Assembly: GCF_035084215.1 (NCBI RefSeq)
Contig: NC_090331.1
Span: forward strand, 33,604,001 to 33,668,000
DNA length: 64,000 bases
Direction of reading: 5' to 3'
Source of the DNA: Heptranchias perlo
Lineage: Eukaryota
Shown: positions 36,385 through 49,745 of the stretch, in pieces
How the letters are laid out: every line of letters begins with the position of its first letter
Numbering within the stretch: the stretch's first letter is position 1
Made by a program: the position numbers and the translations under genes
The notes under the pieces: generated by a model
The model's database searches: none
What the model was told of the DNA's origin: nothing
Seen by the model: only the letters and a program-made list of their open reading frames with translations

Positions 36385-36742
36385 GAGAGGAAAAGACCTA
36401 CTGTCCATCCAGCCTGTCCCACACTGTTGTTATGCCTTGTGCATCACAATACATATACTGCCCACCCTACCCGGATGTCATGTAATCTCCTGGGAGAAGC
36501 GTAAAATCAGATACAAACCCAGGCCAATTAGGGGAAAAGACTATAAATTTACTCTCTGACCCTCATGGGCGATCGAAATCTAGTCCAGGAGAGCACTCTG
36601 GCCGTGATTAAATGTTTTTGGGTACTGAACTCTTGTATGAGCAGATTTCTGAGCCAGCCAGAAACAGGTCCAGCTCTTGCCTGAAGGAATTCAGTGAATC
36701 AGTGCTCACTGCATGAGCCGGCAATGGGTTCCACAGGTCCAT
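36385..36742 (-). mobile_element. Old CR1-type 3' tail
   Basis: The minus strand reads LWNPLPAHAV...LNSFRQELDLFL, followed by a 3' UTR. Confidence 0.5.
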
Positions 36743-37059
36743 AGAATATCCGTGGGTGGGTAATCCCGACAGTTACGTTAAGTTGTGCCAACCGTGGACC
36801 CTGCCAAAGTTCGCAGAGTCAGAGGAAGGGGGTTGCAGGAGTGACCTTTGGTTCTGTGGGGACACATCTGCAATTGTGCCCCTGCCAATGATCATTGAAA
36901 TGCCAGTGTTAGCTGGCTGGCCCAGGGATGGGGTTGGGGAAGGGGGGGTGGGGGGCGGTTCCCCTTAACAAAAGAAGAGTCTTGGTGAACTGAGTGGCCG
37001 CTTCAATGGGAGCAGTTACCTTTCACATAGACTGGGAGAAGCAGAACAGCTCAAATAGT

Positions 37060-37930
37060 AAAAGCAATTCATTTCTAGAATATATTCTGGACAGTTTTCT
37101 AGAACAATATGCTTTAGAACTGACAAGGGAACAGGTGATATTGGATTAATGATGACTAAGGAACCAGAACAAGTTGACAATTTGACAGTAAGGGAACAAC
37201 TTCAAATAGTGACCATAATATGATTGAATTTGGTATTAGGTTTGAGAGGGAGAAGGAAGCGCACAAACTAAGGTTTTAAATTGAAACAAGGCAAACTTCG
37301 AAAGGATGAGAAATGCGTTGACCGCCGTAAACTGGGCTGAACTATTAATGGGTAAACCTTCAGGCGAACAGTGGGAAGCAGTCAAAGAAGTATTTGGTAC
37401 AATACAAAACCAATACATACATCTGAAAGGAAATGCTCCACTTGTGTAGTTAAGCAACCACGGTCGACAAATGAGATAAGAGACAGTATTAAGCCAAAAG
37501 AAAAGACTTACATAAATGGAAGGAAAAGTGGAAATCCAGTGGACTGGGAGAGCTATAAAAAGTAACAAAGGGAAACAAAGAAAGTAATCAGATGTGCTGA
37601 AAGAGAATATGAAAAAAAAACTTGCAAGGGATGTCAAAATTAACAGCAAAAGTTTTTATAAATATATTAAGAGAAAGAAAATGGTAAAGAGGAATGTGGG
37701 CTCATTAAAGGCAGATGCAGGTGATACTATACTGAAAAATAAGGAAATTTCAGACTTGTTAAATGAGTGCTTTGAATCTGTTTTCACGGTGGAGGAAGAG
37801 GACAAAGTATAAGTGAACCTAAAAATAAATCAAGGGGAGGAACTTAGTGAATTTTATATCTATAATGGAGAAAATAATGAGACTTAAGATGGACAAGTCT
37901 CCAGGACCTGATGGTTTCCACCCGAGAAAA
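37060..37930 (+). mobile_element. CR1 middle fragment
   Basis: SDHNMIEF, NSKSFYKYIKRK, LLNECFESVFT and KSPGPDGFHP motifs. Confidence 0.85.
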
Positions 37931-39525
37931 TAAACCTAGCCTGTTAATATCACAATTTTCTCTCAAAAATCTCTGTAGATTTTGTCTTTCATGTTTTGTC
38001 AATGTGCAGAAACTTCCAATATAGCACTACATTCGGGTTATGTTATTTCCTAGTTAAACACTGTTCTGTAATAATCCTAAGCTTTTTCCAAATGGAATAT
38101 GTTTTGAATATGTTTCACATATTTCACTGTGAAAAATGCTATTTATAATTAAAGATAGCATATGCAAAAATGGAATAAATTTTGTTCAACTTAAATATAG
38201 GTTTGCAGCATTGAGTGATTAATAAAAATGTTGGTTTGTTAGATTATTTTTAATGACATGGATGAATTTTGAAGTGTATAGTAAAATTTATTGGCTCCTC
38301 TCTATGACACATATTGAGCTATTTTTAATCTTAGTATGTAGTTGTTCCTTCACAAACATGTTTTCCCACCTCCTCTCAAGAATTGGCACAAATTGAAACA
38401 ACTGCAATCAGTGTTCTCTTTCACACTCTGCCATCTGATTTTTATTTTTATTTTCACCTCTCTTTTTAGTAAAGGCTGGGAATTAGACCACGCATGTAGA
38501 ACCAGCTGACAGATGGCAGTTTATTGTAGTAAGAAATTTTGAAAAAAATGAATTTGTAATAAGTATTGTCTTGTCCCAAGAGACAGCAGTTTCAACATCC
38601 TTTAATGGATAATGAAATTGATCAGTAAACAAAAAAAAGAAAGATGTAATTGTCTGGTTGTTGGATGATGGTGCTTTGTGTTAGTGAACTAATACACAGT
38701 ACAAAGTGAAAGGAATGGATTCTCCTTTTACAGCTCCCTGTTTGATGAGTTCCACTTATTAGCCATACCAACAATGGGAAGCCTTGAGCAAAGGTAAAGT
38801 ACTTCTGTAGAGCAAGGGAAGAAAATATTGTTGTCATTACTTTGTATAAGCAATATTTAAGATGTAAATTTAGCCTATTGCTTATAGGCCCCTTATTAGT
38901 AGAGAAACCACAGAAAACATTTTCTAGAATCTGCTAATTACTACAACACACTTTTTGTATGGTTCCCAAAGACAACATTACAGAAAGGACCGCAGTGTAT
39001 TTTGCTGAAGTAATTGTTCCATCAGTTACCTTGCTATTAAAGTCTACTAAATTATTTTTAAATGACACACCAGGTAATAATAGAAAATGCTGGCAGCATC
39101 ACATTTAGAAATTAAGATTGTAGCCTTTAAAGGCTTTGCAGCTGAAATTCCTACATAAAGGGAACATGTCTGGGGGAGTCCCCTTGGGAATTATGTTTGT
39201 CCCATCCTTTAAAGACCTCAATGGAACTCTCGCCGTCTGAAGACCCAGAATGGCCTGGATCGTCTCAGGCAGAGTAGCTGTGGGCCACTCTGCCTTAAAA
39301 GGTGGATTTAGGACATACAAACGACCCCGTCCCTACAATTTGAGACAGGGTCTGTGGCCTACGGCATGGTTGGATGGAAATCCTGTTCTACTAGACTTGC
39401 ACCAGTGTTGAGGGCTCTAGGTATTTCAGGGCCATTTGTTTCTATTATTAAAATTGGTCAGGTTGGCACTGCTCACCTCCCGCCCGAAGGAATCAGTCAC
39501 TTCAAAATCGTCCCCATGAAAGTAT

Positions 39526-39951
39526 GACCTCGGGTTAAAATATCGGGATTGAGCACTCTGAACCTAACTCAACCCATTCCCAGCCGTTTAAATTTTTACT
39601 GCCCCAAATCAGGCCATCGACAAGGCTCCCGCAAAAGTTAGTTAACATTCAAAAGTCGTGACCTGATGACATTTTTAACCTCACCACAGGGGGAGCCCCA
39701 TGTCGTTTGCTGTTGGCTGGCCAGAAGAGGCCCAGGTAAGTTTTGCAACTTTTCCTTTTTTTTAAGCTCCTTGCAGACCAGGAGGAGCAGGAGTCTTCCC
39801 CCTAGTCTTCACAAGGAAGCCTTCGGCCTCCCCAGCTCCGATCATGGCTCCAAACTTGCTGGCAGAGCCTCCACATCCCTGGCCTTGACGTGTTCTTCAC
39901 CAATCACCGGGCTCCCCCACAGCCTTCTTGCCTCCCCGTTAATATGGGGCC
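39526..39951 (+). mobile_element. Non-autonomous Harbinger-type element (decayed)
   Basis: Right TIR TTAATATGGGGCC, TAT on both flanks, and core GGCCAGAAGAGGCCCAGGTAAG...ACAAGGAAGCCTT shared with 20555-21300. Another TIR-like end (AAAATCGTCCCC) finishes at 39515. Confidence 0.6.
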
Positions 39952-40009
39952 TATGTGTTTGTTAAGGTAAAAAAAATCCATGCTTGCGAATGGAAGATTT
40001 TCTACTTTA

Positions 40010-40405
40010 TGCATCCTGGATTAGTGTTTGACATTGTCAAGTTCAGATATAACATTGGTTATATGCAGGGTAAGGCTTTTTCTACACTGTCTTAATCTGC
40101 CTTAACGACATTCTCAGAAGGGTACCCTCCCTGTTGTATCAGTATTTCATTTCTGTCATTTACATCTGAAATCCTTATGGTGTCTTCAAGTTAACCTGTC
40201 CAATTAGTGCCAAATTATAGGCAGTTTTGTACTCTGCATTTATGTCTATTGGGAACTGGGTTGGGAATGCCCAAACACATTGAATTTAGATCCCTTATAG
40301 TTATCAGAGAGAAGAGACAGCCATTTCATATGCTGTGATTAATTTAAACTAAGGTGCCAGAGATGAAAGGCATGTATTCTAATTCTTTGCACCAGCCACT
40401 CCTCT
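40010..40405 (-). mobile_element. LF-SINE-like element
   Basis: Ordered blocks match the reverse complement of the LF-SINE consensus as I recall it: GCAGGGTAAGGCTT...ACACTG...AATCTGCCTTA, CCAATTAGTGCCAAATT, TTGGGAACTGGGTTGGGA, AGAGATGAAAGGC. Confidence 0.7.
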
Positions 40406-40558
40406 TGAAGAACACTATCCTAACTTTACATAGCCTTTTTCATGGTTTGGCACATACACATGAATGTATTAATACTATTGCACTTCCATAGAATTGCAAG
40501 TTGGGTTTCTTTTGGACAATGAACAATATTTCCCACTAATTGGATTCAGAAACACAAT

Positions 40559-41333
40559 GGGCTGGATTTTGCTGCGAGCGGTAACAGTGCCCGCTATTCC
40601 TTAGACTTGCACTTGCCCATAGAATTTCTATGAGCTGTTGCAGGGCAAGTTCCTGTATTTTAGAGATTCAAAAAGTGCTGCACCTGCTACAGGGCATCTG
40701 GGACTTGTGTGAACAGGGCGAGCAACTGTGTATCTCCTTAACCAATCAGATTGAAGTATGTTAATAAGCCGCGCAGAGACTGAACCGAGAAGTGTAAGTT
40801 CGAATAGTGAATTCAATGTCAAATCACGTACAGAAAGTGAAATAAAGAGAGGGAAAGAAAGACTGAATTAAGAGACAGAGATAAGAGACGGAAAGAAAAA
40901 GTTTTTAAAAATTATTAAAAATGATTTTTTTACATGTCTGAAAGCAATTAAAATCTGAAGAAATGAGCCTTCACACTTGTTAAAAGTTCATTTTCAGTGC
41001 CAGCGAGGTGGTTTGGGAGTCATTTAGACCTACCAAGCCATTAAAAAGGTACTTACATCAGAATGGAGAAGCCCTAACTTTTCTTGATGAGGTTAGTCTG
41101 TATGTCTGACGTCAGTGCAGGAACTTCACACTGTTGCGTTCATTTGAATGGGGAGCCAGCCGGCGAGATGCAGTTTTCGCGGAGCTTACAGAGACAGCTA
41201 GCATCTGGTACAGCAACTTCCGGATTTCCACGTTTAACTGCGCAAGTGCGGTCGCTGGAAGTTCCTGTCTGATTTGTACGTGAATAATGGTGAGCGCTGA
41301 TAGCATCTCCATTACTTTTACAGCAAAATCCAG
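40559..41333 (+). mobile_element. Non-autonomous Harbinger-type element
   Basis: TIRs (GGG)CTGGATTTTGCTG / CAGCAAAATCCAG, with the right tip abutted by a CR1 tail. The body is colinear with 58083-58848. Confidence 0.8.
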
Positions 41334-41502
41334 GGAACTTTCAAAAGGCAATTGGACATATAATTGAAGAGGACTAATTTGCAGGGTTATGGAGAAAAAG
41401 CTGGGCTGTGGGACTAAATTGGACGGTTCTTTCAAAGAGCCATCATAGGCATGACGAGCCGAATTACCCCCTTCTGTGCTGTAAGATTCTATAAGTCTAT
41501 GA
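41334..41502 (+). mobile_element. CR1 3' tail
   Basis: TTCAAAAGGCAATTGGA...CCTTCTGTGCTGTAAGATTCTATAAGTCTATG. Confidence 0.8.
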
Positions 41503-42207
41503 ATTAAATAATGATTTGTTTCCTTTTCCATAACTATTACTACAATATGTATCCGTGACAACTACTCTTTGTGAATTTAGACAATTATTGTACGGGTGAG
41601 GCAAGCGTAGAGTATGTACAGCTCATCTGTTATCTTGCCATCCTGCAGCAGCACTGCTTAGTCACGCCTGGCATGAACAAATCAAGTCAATATTTCAAAT
41701 CTGCAGAGGACAAGAAGAGTGATTGGAATGCAAAAACGTCAGATTCTTTTTTGTGCTTTCAGTAGATTTGCTTTAACATTACTTTTTTCCTACTAATATT
41801 TTGAGTTAATTCTGAATTTTTGACACTTTTAGAAGGAGCATCACAGCTATTTACATAAAGCAATCCTGGAAGAAAGGAAATTTTTATGGGATAAAAGTTG
41901 ACAGTAGCTTTGCAGCCAAGCCCTATAGAATGAAATTAGTTATTATGAGACATTCAAACAATGGTGATGAGATTATTTTGAAAAGCAAAATTTCAATGTA
42001 TCTCATGGCAAAACTGAAAGCTGACTTGGATAGTCTTGCCTGATCCGAGTGTCGACCATCTCTTAGACCGCTATCATATTCACACACATGTCCTAAGGTC
42101 TGTGATGTTAGGTTCCATAAGTCTCAAATACCAAAAGGAGAAATTATTGATTTTCAAAAACAAAAACAGATTTAGTTAAAAATGGTGTAATGCTACCAAT
42201 TTAAACT

Positions 42208-42957
42208 ATGCATTTGGGGAGAACAAACAAGGAATACACAATAAATGGGAGGATACTGAGAGGTGTAAAGGAAGTGAGGAACCTTGGAGTGCATGTCCAC
42301 AGATCCCTGAAGGTAGCGGGACAGGTCGATAAGGTGGTTAAGAAAGCATACGGTATACTTTCTTTTATTAGCCGAGGCATAGAATATAAGAGCAGGGAGG
42401 TTATGCTAGAACTGTATCAAACACTAGTTAGGCCATAGCTTGAGTACTGCGTACAGTTCTGGTCACCACATTACAGGAAAGATGTGATTGCACTAGAAAG
42501 GGTACAGAGGAGATTTACGAGGATGTTGCCAGAGCTGGAGAATTTTAGCTATGAGGAAAGATTGGATCGGCTAGGGTTGTTTTCCTTGGAACAGAAGAGG
42601 CTGAGGGGTGATTTGATTGAGGTGTATAAAATTATGAGGGGCCTAGATAGAGTGGATAGGAAGGACCTATTTCCCTTAGCAGAGGGGTCAATAACCAGGG
42701 GGCATAGATTTAAAGTGATTGGTAGAAGGATTAGAGCGGAAATGAGGAAAAAAAATTTCACCCAGAGGGTGGTAGAGGCAGAAACCCTTAACTCATTTAA
42801 AAAAAATACCTGGATATGCACCTGAAGAGCCGTGACCTGCAGGACTATGGACCAAACGCGGGAAAGTGGTATTAGGCTGGGTGGCTCGTTTCTCAGCCGG
42901 CACGAATACGATGGGCCGAATGGCCTCCTTCTGTGCCTTAAATTTTCTATGATTCTA
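42208..42957 (+). mobile_element. CR1 LINE 3' fragment
   Basis: MHLGRTN...HRSLKVAGQVDKVVKKAYG...ERVQRRFTRMLP; closely similar to 52236-53160. Confidence 0.95.
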
Positions 42958-43369
42958 AGGATAAAAAAGAAGACATACTTCACAGGACTTGATTATAAAC
43001 GACTTTATTGTACAATTTAAAGATCACAATATTTAGTAAAGTTGAAACAGGCCATTGCAGCCCAACTAGCTCATCCTTCACTAGATACCTACAATTCCCT
43101 CCACCCCCACCATGGCATTAACTATAACCTACAACTCATTTTGTTACTACAGTAGACTAAACATCTCAGGTTTTACACTGTCTAGATTAAGAATAATTCA
43201 GTACTGGACACCTGTCTCCACTTGTCTCGGGGTTTCAAAGGTTGTTCTATGGATCTATTGTCACATGCTAAAATAAGTCTCGAAACTTCTATGGCATTTT
43301 TAAAAATTCTTAAAATTTGGGACAACCAGATTTTTTTGGGTCAGCTGAATGCCTTACACACCCAAAAAC

Positions 43370-43815
43370 TCATCACCATGATTTAAGGTTCTCTCATCGC
43401 CCATCACCACCATTAGCTCCCAGTTATTCAGATGCCTCAAATTTAAAATTCTTATTCATAGTCCTCAATAGTCTTGTCCCTCTCTAACTCTGTAAGCTCC
43501 TACAGCCTCCTCCTCTCCCCCTTCAAACTCTCCATTCCTCTCACTCTGGCTTTTTGTGTATCCCCTAATCCTTTATCAACCATTGACAGTAATGTCATTA
43601 TCTGCCTTGGTCCCTCTTTAATTCCATCCCTAAACCATATGCCTCTCCACCTCCCTCTCCTTCTTTAGGACCCATCTTAAAACCCACCATGTGCAACAAG
43701 CTTTTGATCAGCTTCACTAATCACTCCTTCTTTGGTTTGGCGTCCATTTTGCTCTGTGAAGCATCTCAGGATTGTTTTTTATGCCAGAAACGCAACATAA
43801 ATGCAAATGGTTGTT
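43370..43815 (+). mobile_element. L2 3' tail relic
   Basis: Similar to 23170-23580: CATCACC, TTTAAAATTC and TGTGAAGCATCT...ATAAATGCAA. Confidence 0.65.
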
Positions 43816-43899
43816 CATGCAGCTATTATTTTAACAGGAGGCAAACACTTCATGAATTTAATTTGTCAAACTGTGCAAGTTTTATTCTCATGTAATTTT

Positions 43900-44400
43900 T
43901 TTTCTAATATTCTTCCCTCCTCTTGTAAGTATGTTGACTTATACTGTGCTACAGTTCAGTGACTGCCAGTCCATCTCCAGTACCTCATGCTAATGGTTAT
44001 TCTTATGTGAGCCTCAGCATTGATGCCCCGAATTTAGCTGGGCTAGGGCCGGAGCAGACGCAAATCATCCTGACCTTAGTGACATGACGCCCTGGAGATT
44101 TTAACTCCTGGGCCTCATCTGCATGCTACTGGTAAGTTTCCCACTCGAAACTGGAAGGAAGCGGCAGCTGACCAGTGAACAGGAGTGCAGGAGGCCACCG
44201 CCGAGGATCAAAGGAATGGTCCATGGCACTCAGGTTAAGTTGCTCAGAAGGAAGGAAGCTTAGGGCAGAGGAGGGCTAATCTGTCCTTGTGGGGCCAACT
44301 CAACATGGATTAGGGATTGAGTCTTAGATTTTCTTGTTCTTTTCTTGGTAGCTCAGTTCTACACTGGGACATTGTCTTTCCCAACTAAGCTATTGGGAGA
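43900..44400 (-). mobile_element. Ancient tRNA-derived SINE relic interrupted by a Harbinger fragment (about 44023-44300)
   Basis: The 3' part matches 28100-28230 and the head region resumes near 44310. The insert begins GCCCCGAATTTAGC and contains CTTGTGGGGCC as in 20555-21300. Confidence 0.45.
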
Positions 44401-44584
44401 GTCTCATGTATGACTTTGTTATACCTTTTCTATTTACACTAGATTGATTTTGTGTTGTTTTCAAGATGAAGTTTTAAGAAAAAATGACATTATTAATTTC
44501 TTGATTTCATTAATTGTACTGTGAATATGCCACCAACTTTTAGACCACCAACATCTACAGGCTAAAAAACTGCTGCATGTTTTT

Positions 44585-44912
44585 TCTTAATTTGTTCTCA
44601 GGAAGACGGCCACATTTATTGCCTATCCCTAGTTGCCCTGAGAAGGGAGTTGTGGGTTTTCTGTTTGAACCACTGCAGCCCTTGTGGTGATGGTACTTCC
44701 ACAATGGTGTTAAATAAATACTAGAATATTGACCTGGTGACAATGAAGGAATGTCAGGATGGTGTATCACAACAATGCTACTACTGTCCTTCTTAGTGAT
44801 AGAGGTTGCAGGGGAGGGAGGTGCTGTCAAAGTGACTTTGCTGAGTTGCTGCAGTGCATCCTGTCGATCACGCATGCTGCAGCCACAGTGCATCGGTGGT
44901 AGAGGGGGTGGA
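44585..44912 (-). mobile_element. Decayed CR1/L2-group LINE tail
   Basis: CATTTATTGCCTATCCCTAGTTGCCCTGAGAAGG, matching the copies at 13694 and 55154. Confidence 0.8.
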
Positions 44913-46469
44913 CATTGAAGACACTTGCAAACACTTCAGTCATGTTATTACGCTTGCTAGTTTATGTGTACCACGAAGATATTTCCGTGACTAGAATGTG
45001 TTCATTTACATTAGGAGCCTCTTAATTACTCTGTGTATATTAAATAGATGAGTCATTTCAGAATAGTTTTACAATTCAGAAAAATAAAAGCTTAGACCTA
45101 CATTATCCCTTTTTCTATCAGGCTTCATTCCAGGTCTGTTTTGCCTTCTAATTTTGGTATACAATTTGTCAAATTATATACCACATATATATATGGGGGT
45201 GGGGAATTACAATGTGAACCGAATGAAATAAAGAAACATTGCACTGTTAATCCAAACTCCACTACCACCAATGATCTCTGAGGATTTCAAATGGAAAAAA
45301 GAAAGTCTAAGGATGTTTATATAAGTGTTAAGATTTAATACTGACATGGCTGATGGGGTAGGAATGAGATTTGGATGCAGCTGAGCAATCATGAGTGGTA
45401 AGCGTCAAGCTTGTTTGTGTAAATTAGTATTTCTATGGTGCTGCCAGAGCTCAGAACTACTGAGACATAAAGTTATTTGTAAGTACAGCACAGCTATACA
45501 CTAAACTAACCAGCTGTTTTACAATGCTACTTCTCAGGCAACAGCTATTTGCCTGTAAATGTATTTATTCATTCATTCAGTTCTTCTGTGTATCCAAACT
45601 GATGCTGACATACATTTTGTTAGTGATGTATTCTTTTCCATTATTGGTGTGGAATGAAACCACCTGCTCCTATATGAATTTCTCTCAGTTGATTTATCTT
45701 AAATTGACCCTACTCAGCCAACAAATAGAACGGACATGCACATGGACCTATACATTCGCATCTATCATTTTGTGGGGGCCTTCTTGAAAAAAATAATGGA
45801 GCATCCTCGCTGTAAGATTAACCTTATCCTAACCCTGAAACTAACCTCAACCCTATAAGTACATTTAAGACATAAAATAATTTGTGCCTTAATCCAAAAT
45901 TACAACTTTGTAAGGAGTTGACACATCTTTCGATTATATTCTGCTAGCTAGATATTTTCAAGTTTGCATTATTTTTCTGATTTTGTAAGTCATGTCAAGT
46001 GTGCATGTACACACGCATAACACCAACTTAGCATAGTATGGGCACTATCGAATCAGGATTATTCCAGTTAAAAATCGAACTTCTCTATCTTTCCATTTTG
46101 TAATAGTGAAGAATGGCAAAGAAACAATCTTCAGGTGAACCAGGGCTAGGGGACATGGGATAATTGGACCTAAGCACACAGACATACTTTCCATTTAAAA
46201 TCTGTCCTTAATTTTATATTTCCACTTTAAATTCGTATCTCCACTTTTATAATGGAAACAGCCCATCTAAACTTGTCATGCTATAATTACATCCTCCCAC
46301 CTGGACTGCAGCACCCTTCACCCCAATGGGAGAGTGTAATTATCGTATGACCAAGTTTGTCTTTCTGTGCCTCCGTCCTCCCTTTGTGTTTCACAGATTT
46401 CAGTAATTAGAATGTTTACATTTTTTATCAACAAAATGCAGGTGATAGCAATTGAAAATAAGAGGTTTT

Positions 46470-47916
46470 GGGCGCTAAATTGGGCCATGTTGTTTCGGCG
46501 CTACACGGCCTCTCCAACATCCAAGATGGCGTCTTGGATGCGCGCACACACGTTTCCTGCGTGACGTGCGCCAGACGCCATCTTGGTATAGGAGTTAGCG
46601 CAGGTGCAGATAACGAACGCTGGAAGCATGTAACGTAGGGAGAAAATGGGTTCAATCAGTCTGCAACGCTGATTTAAAGTGATAAGTCCCAAAATGGTGC
46701 CTATCGCTCAACTCAACGCACAGTCTTAACCCCGACCATCTGAACGTGTCTTAGAGTGCCTGAAGGACCCCGCCACCGGCGCTATTTAAAGGGACCATGC
46801 AGGATTTACAAGTTAGTGGCTGGATTATTGCCCCTGGCTGCCGAGACATTTGTAACTGTTTTCGGAGGTCTCCTAGACTTCAATACTAGGACTCGGGGAA
46901 CATAGCCTAACATTTGGAGCCAGGATGTGCAGGAGTGAAGTTAGGAAATGCTTCTACACGCAAAGGGTGGGAAGCGTTTGGAATGCTCTTCTGCAGACGG
47001 CAGTTGATGCTAGCACACTTGTGAATGTTAAATCTGAGATTGATAGATTTCTGTGAACCAAGGGTATTAAGGGATATGGGGCTAAGACGGGTATATGGAG
47101 TTAGGTCAAAGGTCCACCATGATCTCACTGAATGGTGGAACAGGCTCGAGGGGCTAAATGCCACTGCCACTTGCTGCCTCTTGATATGCCCCGCCTTCTC
47201 CTGCAAGAAAGTGGGACATGTGCCTGGATGATGTGCCTGTCATAGTTGAATAGCTGCCAGTGTGTGTGGCGTGTGAATTGTGGGTGGACAGCTTGAAACA
47301 GTGGTAATGTGTAAGGGGAGAGGAAGCATCTGATTGGAAGAGTTGAGTACTGGTTGAAAGAGTTTATCGGTATGTGGGAGATGGGGGTGTAGTGCGTGGT
47401 GCAATTGGTAGGAGAAGCCACTTGACATCAGCAGAGAACCTTGGTGCATGCACTCTCGCAGGCCTGGTACCAACTCAGATCGGCAGATTGGTGAGGTCTG
47501 GCGTCCAGATTGGAGGATGTGGGATTTAGTAGTGCGCAACCTTTATTCCATGTTTTAACATAACTCATCAGTGTGTAGACATAGGGATGGGATCTGCATC
47601 AGTGTTTTACGTGTGCGATGTCTGATCTCTGTTCAGACTCCATGCAGACAGCAGACTGTTACTTTCAGCAAATAACAGGTACCAGCTACCTTTAAGAGAT
47701 TTCTAAGAAATATCCTCCCTTTAAGAGATGGGCCTCCCTCTGGTGGTGGAAAGTGCGAATTGCATTGGTTCCATGTGCAGGGCCTGGAAAGGAATGCCGA
47801 TTGCAGGTAAGTGCTCCCTTGGGACCAAACTTGCGTCTTGCCTGCCCAGGGTCCGTCGGGGTGTTCGCGCATCGTGCTAACATCGCCCAGAACAAACCCT
47901 TATCCAATTTTTCCCC
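46470..47916. mobile_element. Non-autonomous Harbinger element carrying an internal CR1 tail fragment (about 46925-47165)
   Basis: TIRs GGGCGCTAAATTGG / CCAATTTTTCCCC with TSD TTT. The left end is homologous to 2015-2244 in reverse orientation. Confidence 0.85.
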
Positions 47917-48534
47917 TTTGTTTTCTTTCAAAATTCAACTGGTTTAAAAAAAAACTCAAATTAGAATGAGAAAAGACATTGGGACCAAAAATCCACAGGA
48001 GAGTGACAGAACTGTCAGAAAACCACTGAGACCGAGTTTCACCGGAACTCCACCGTTTCCATGAATTTCTGACATGCCTTGAAAGGGGTGGAGCCGGAGG
48101 TCTGGGAGTTTCTTCATGGACCTGCCTTATCGCTGGAGGCTGGTGCACCGCGTGAGTTGAAGTGTACCGATCTCTGGAAGGGTAGAAGTGCACCCAACTG
48201 GTGAAGTCCTGACCAGGAAAATGGTCTGGATCCCCAAAGAAAGAGGCCATTTTTCAAACTCTGATCGGCCCCCTTGCACAGGGGTTGTGTGAAACGTGGC
48301 TAGGATGAGAGGTAGCCTGGGCAGCACCCCCAATGGTGGAAGCCCTCACCCCTATTCAATTAAATTTATAAATTTTGGGGAAGAGCATAGCAGTATTACT
48401 TTTATTTAACTAATAAGTTTTCTTTGATATATCTCAGTTCCTCTGACTTTCCGTCGGCAACACAATGGGAGATCCACTAGTGTTCAAACAATCCAGATAG
48501 TAAACAGTAGATCCCAAAGACTACTTCAAACTAA

Positions 48535-48790
48535 ATAGTTTCAGTTGCATAAGGCAACATAGGTTTAAACAAGTAAAAGGTAACTTGATTATTGATGTCA
48601 GGAAGGTCTTCTTTACATAAAAAAAAGTTGAATACATGGAATGGACTTCTGGGAGAGGAGTGGAGGCAAAAACCTTGGAATCATTTACGAATCAATTGGA
48701 CGCCGTACTGGAGGGGGACTAAAGGGGCATTCTGAATACATGAGCTAAGCTGGGTCAAATAGTCCTCCTCAACGTCATCTATCTTACGAT
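48535..48790 (+). mobile_element. Old CR1 3' tail
   Basis: RKVFFT..., WNGL, VEAKTLESFTNQLD-like sequence, then a 3' UTR. Confidence 0.6.
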
Positions 48791-49745
48791 CTAGTCAGTA
48801 ATTAGCACATTCCGTTTCATACATTTATGTATGTTTATTCAATATTTACTGTTCGTTTGTTTAGCAAGATCAGGTGGCTAAATAAACCCCAGCCACCCTT
48901 CCCCCAACCCCCACCATTTCTGATGCTTTATACAATATGTTTCCTTAAAATGTGCAGCACACCTCCAAATCTGCAGTCACCTTTCTGATTTAAAGGTGTT
49001 ATCATAGAACCATACAGCACAGAAGGAGGCCCAACATGCCTATGCGAGCTCTTTGGAAGAACTATCCAATTAGTCCCACTCCCCTGCTCTTTCCTCATAG
49101 CCCTGAAACTTTTTCCCAGCTTCTTTAGTCTCCCCACATAACTGAAGTTCCTCAGCCCTGGTACCATTCCAGTGAATCTCCTCTGCACCCTCTCCAAGAC
49201 CTTGACATTCTTTCTAAAGTTTGGTGCCCAGAATTGGACACAATGGGCAGCATTTTAGCACCCGCTATAGGGTGCGTTCCTGGCGGGGGGCCCCGAAAAT
49301 CGGGAAATCCCGGAGCGGGACCAGAGCCCGCCCTGAACCCGCGCACTTCCGGGTTCCCCGCTGACGCGCTGGCGTGCGCGCGCAGCCCCCGCTGGTGGGA
49401 ATCCCGCAGGCAATTAAAGCCAGCGGGATGCCACTTGAAGCTATTTATTTGGCTTGTTCAGGTCATTAACTGACCTGATTAAGGGATTATGTGAGGAGGG
49501 GTGGGATTTTAGAGCAAACTGGGACTGTTTCCCACACTGGGGGAAACAGTCCCAGTTCAAATGGACCTGTTGCAGCTGTCAGCCTGTGGCAGCTGCAAAA
49601 GTCCATTTGACAGGTTGAGGGGGGGGGGAGACCCTCACTCATTGCAGGAGGCCACTCTGTCACTTGGGACAAAGTTTGGCCTCCACCACCCTCCTCCTGA
49701 CAATCAAAGTCACCAACTAGCACACTTACCCCGGGGTCCAGAGAC

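Noticed and set aside
45818-45856. Interstitial telomeric repeat
   Set aside because: Only a few degenerate CCTAAC-like units; too short to support.
47950-48345. GC-richer block with ORFs 47900-48250 and 48127-48333
   Set aside because: Probably a repeat fragment, but I could not match any motif confidently.
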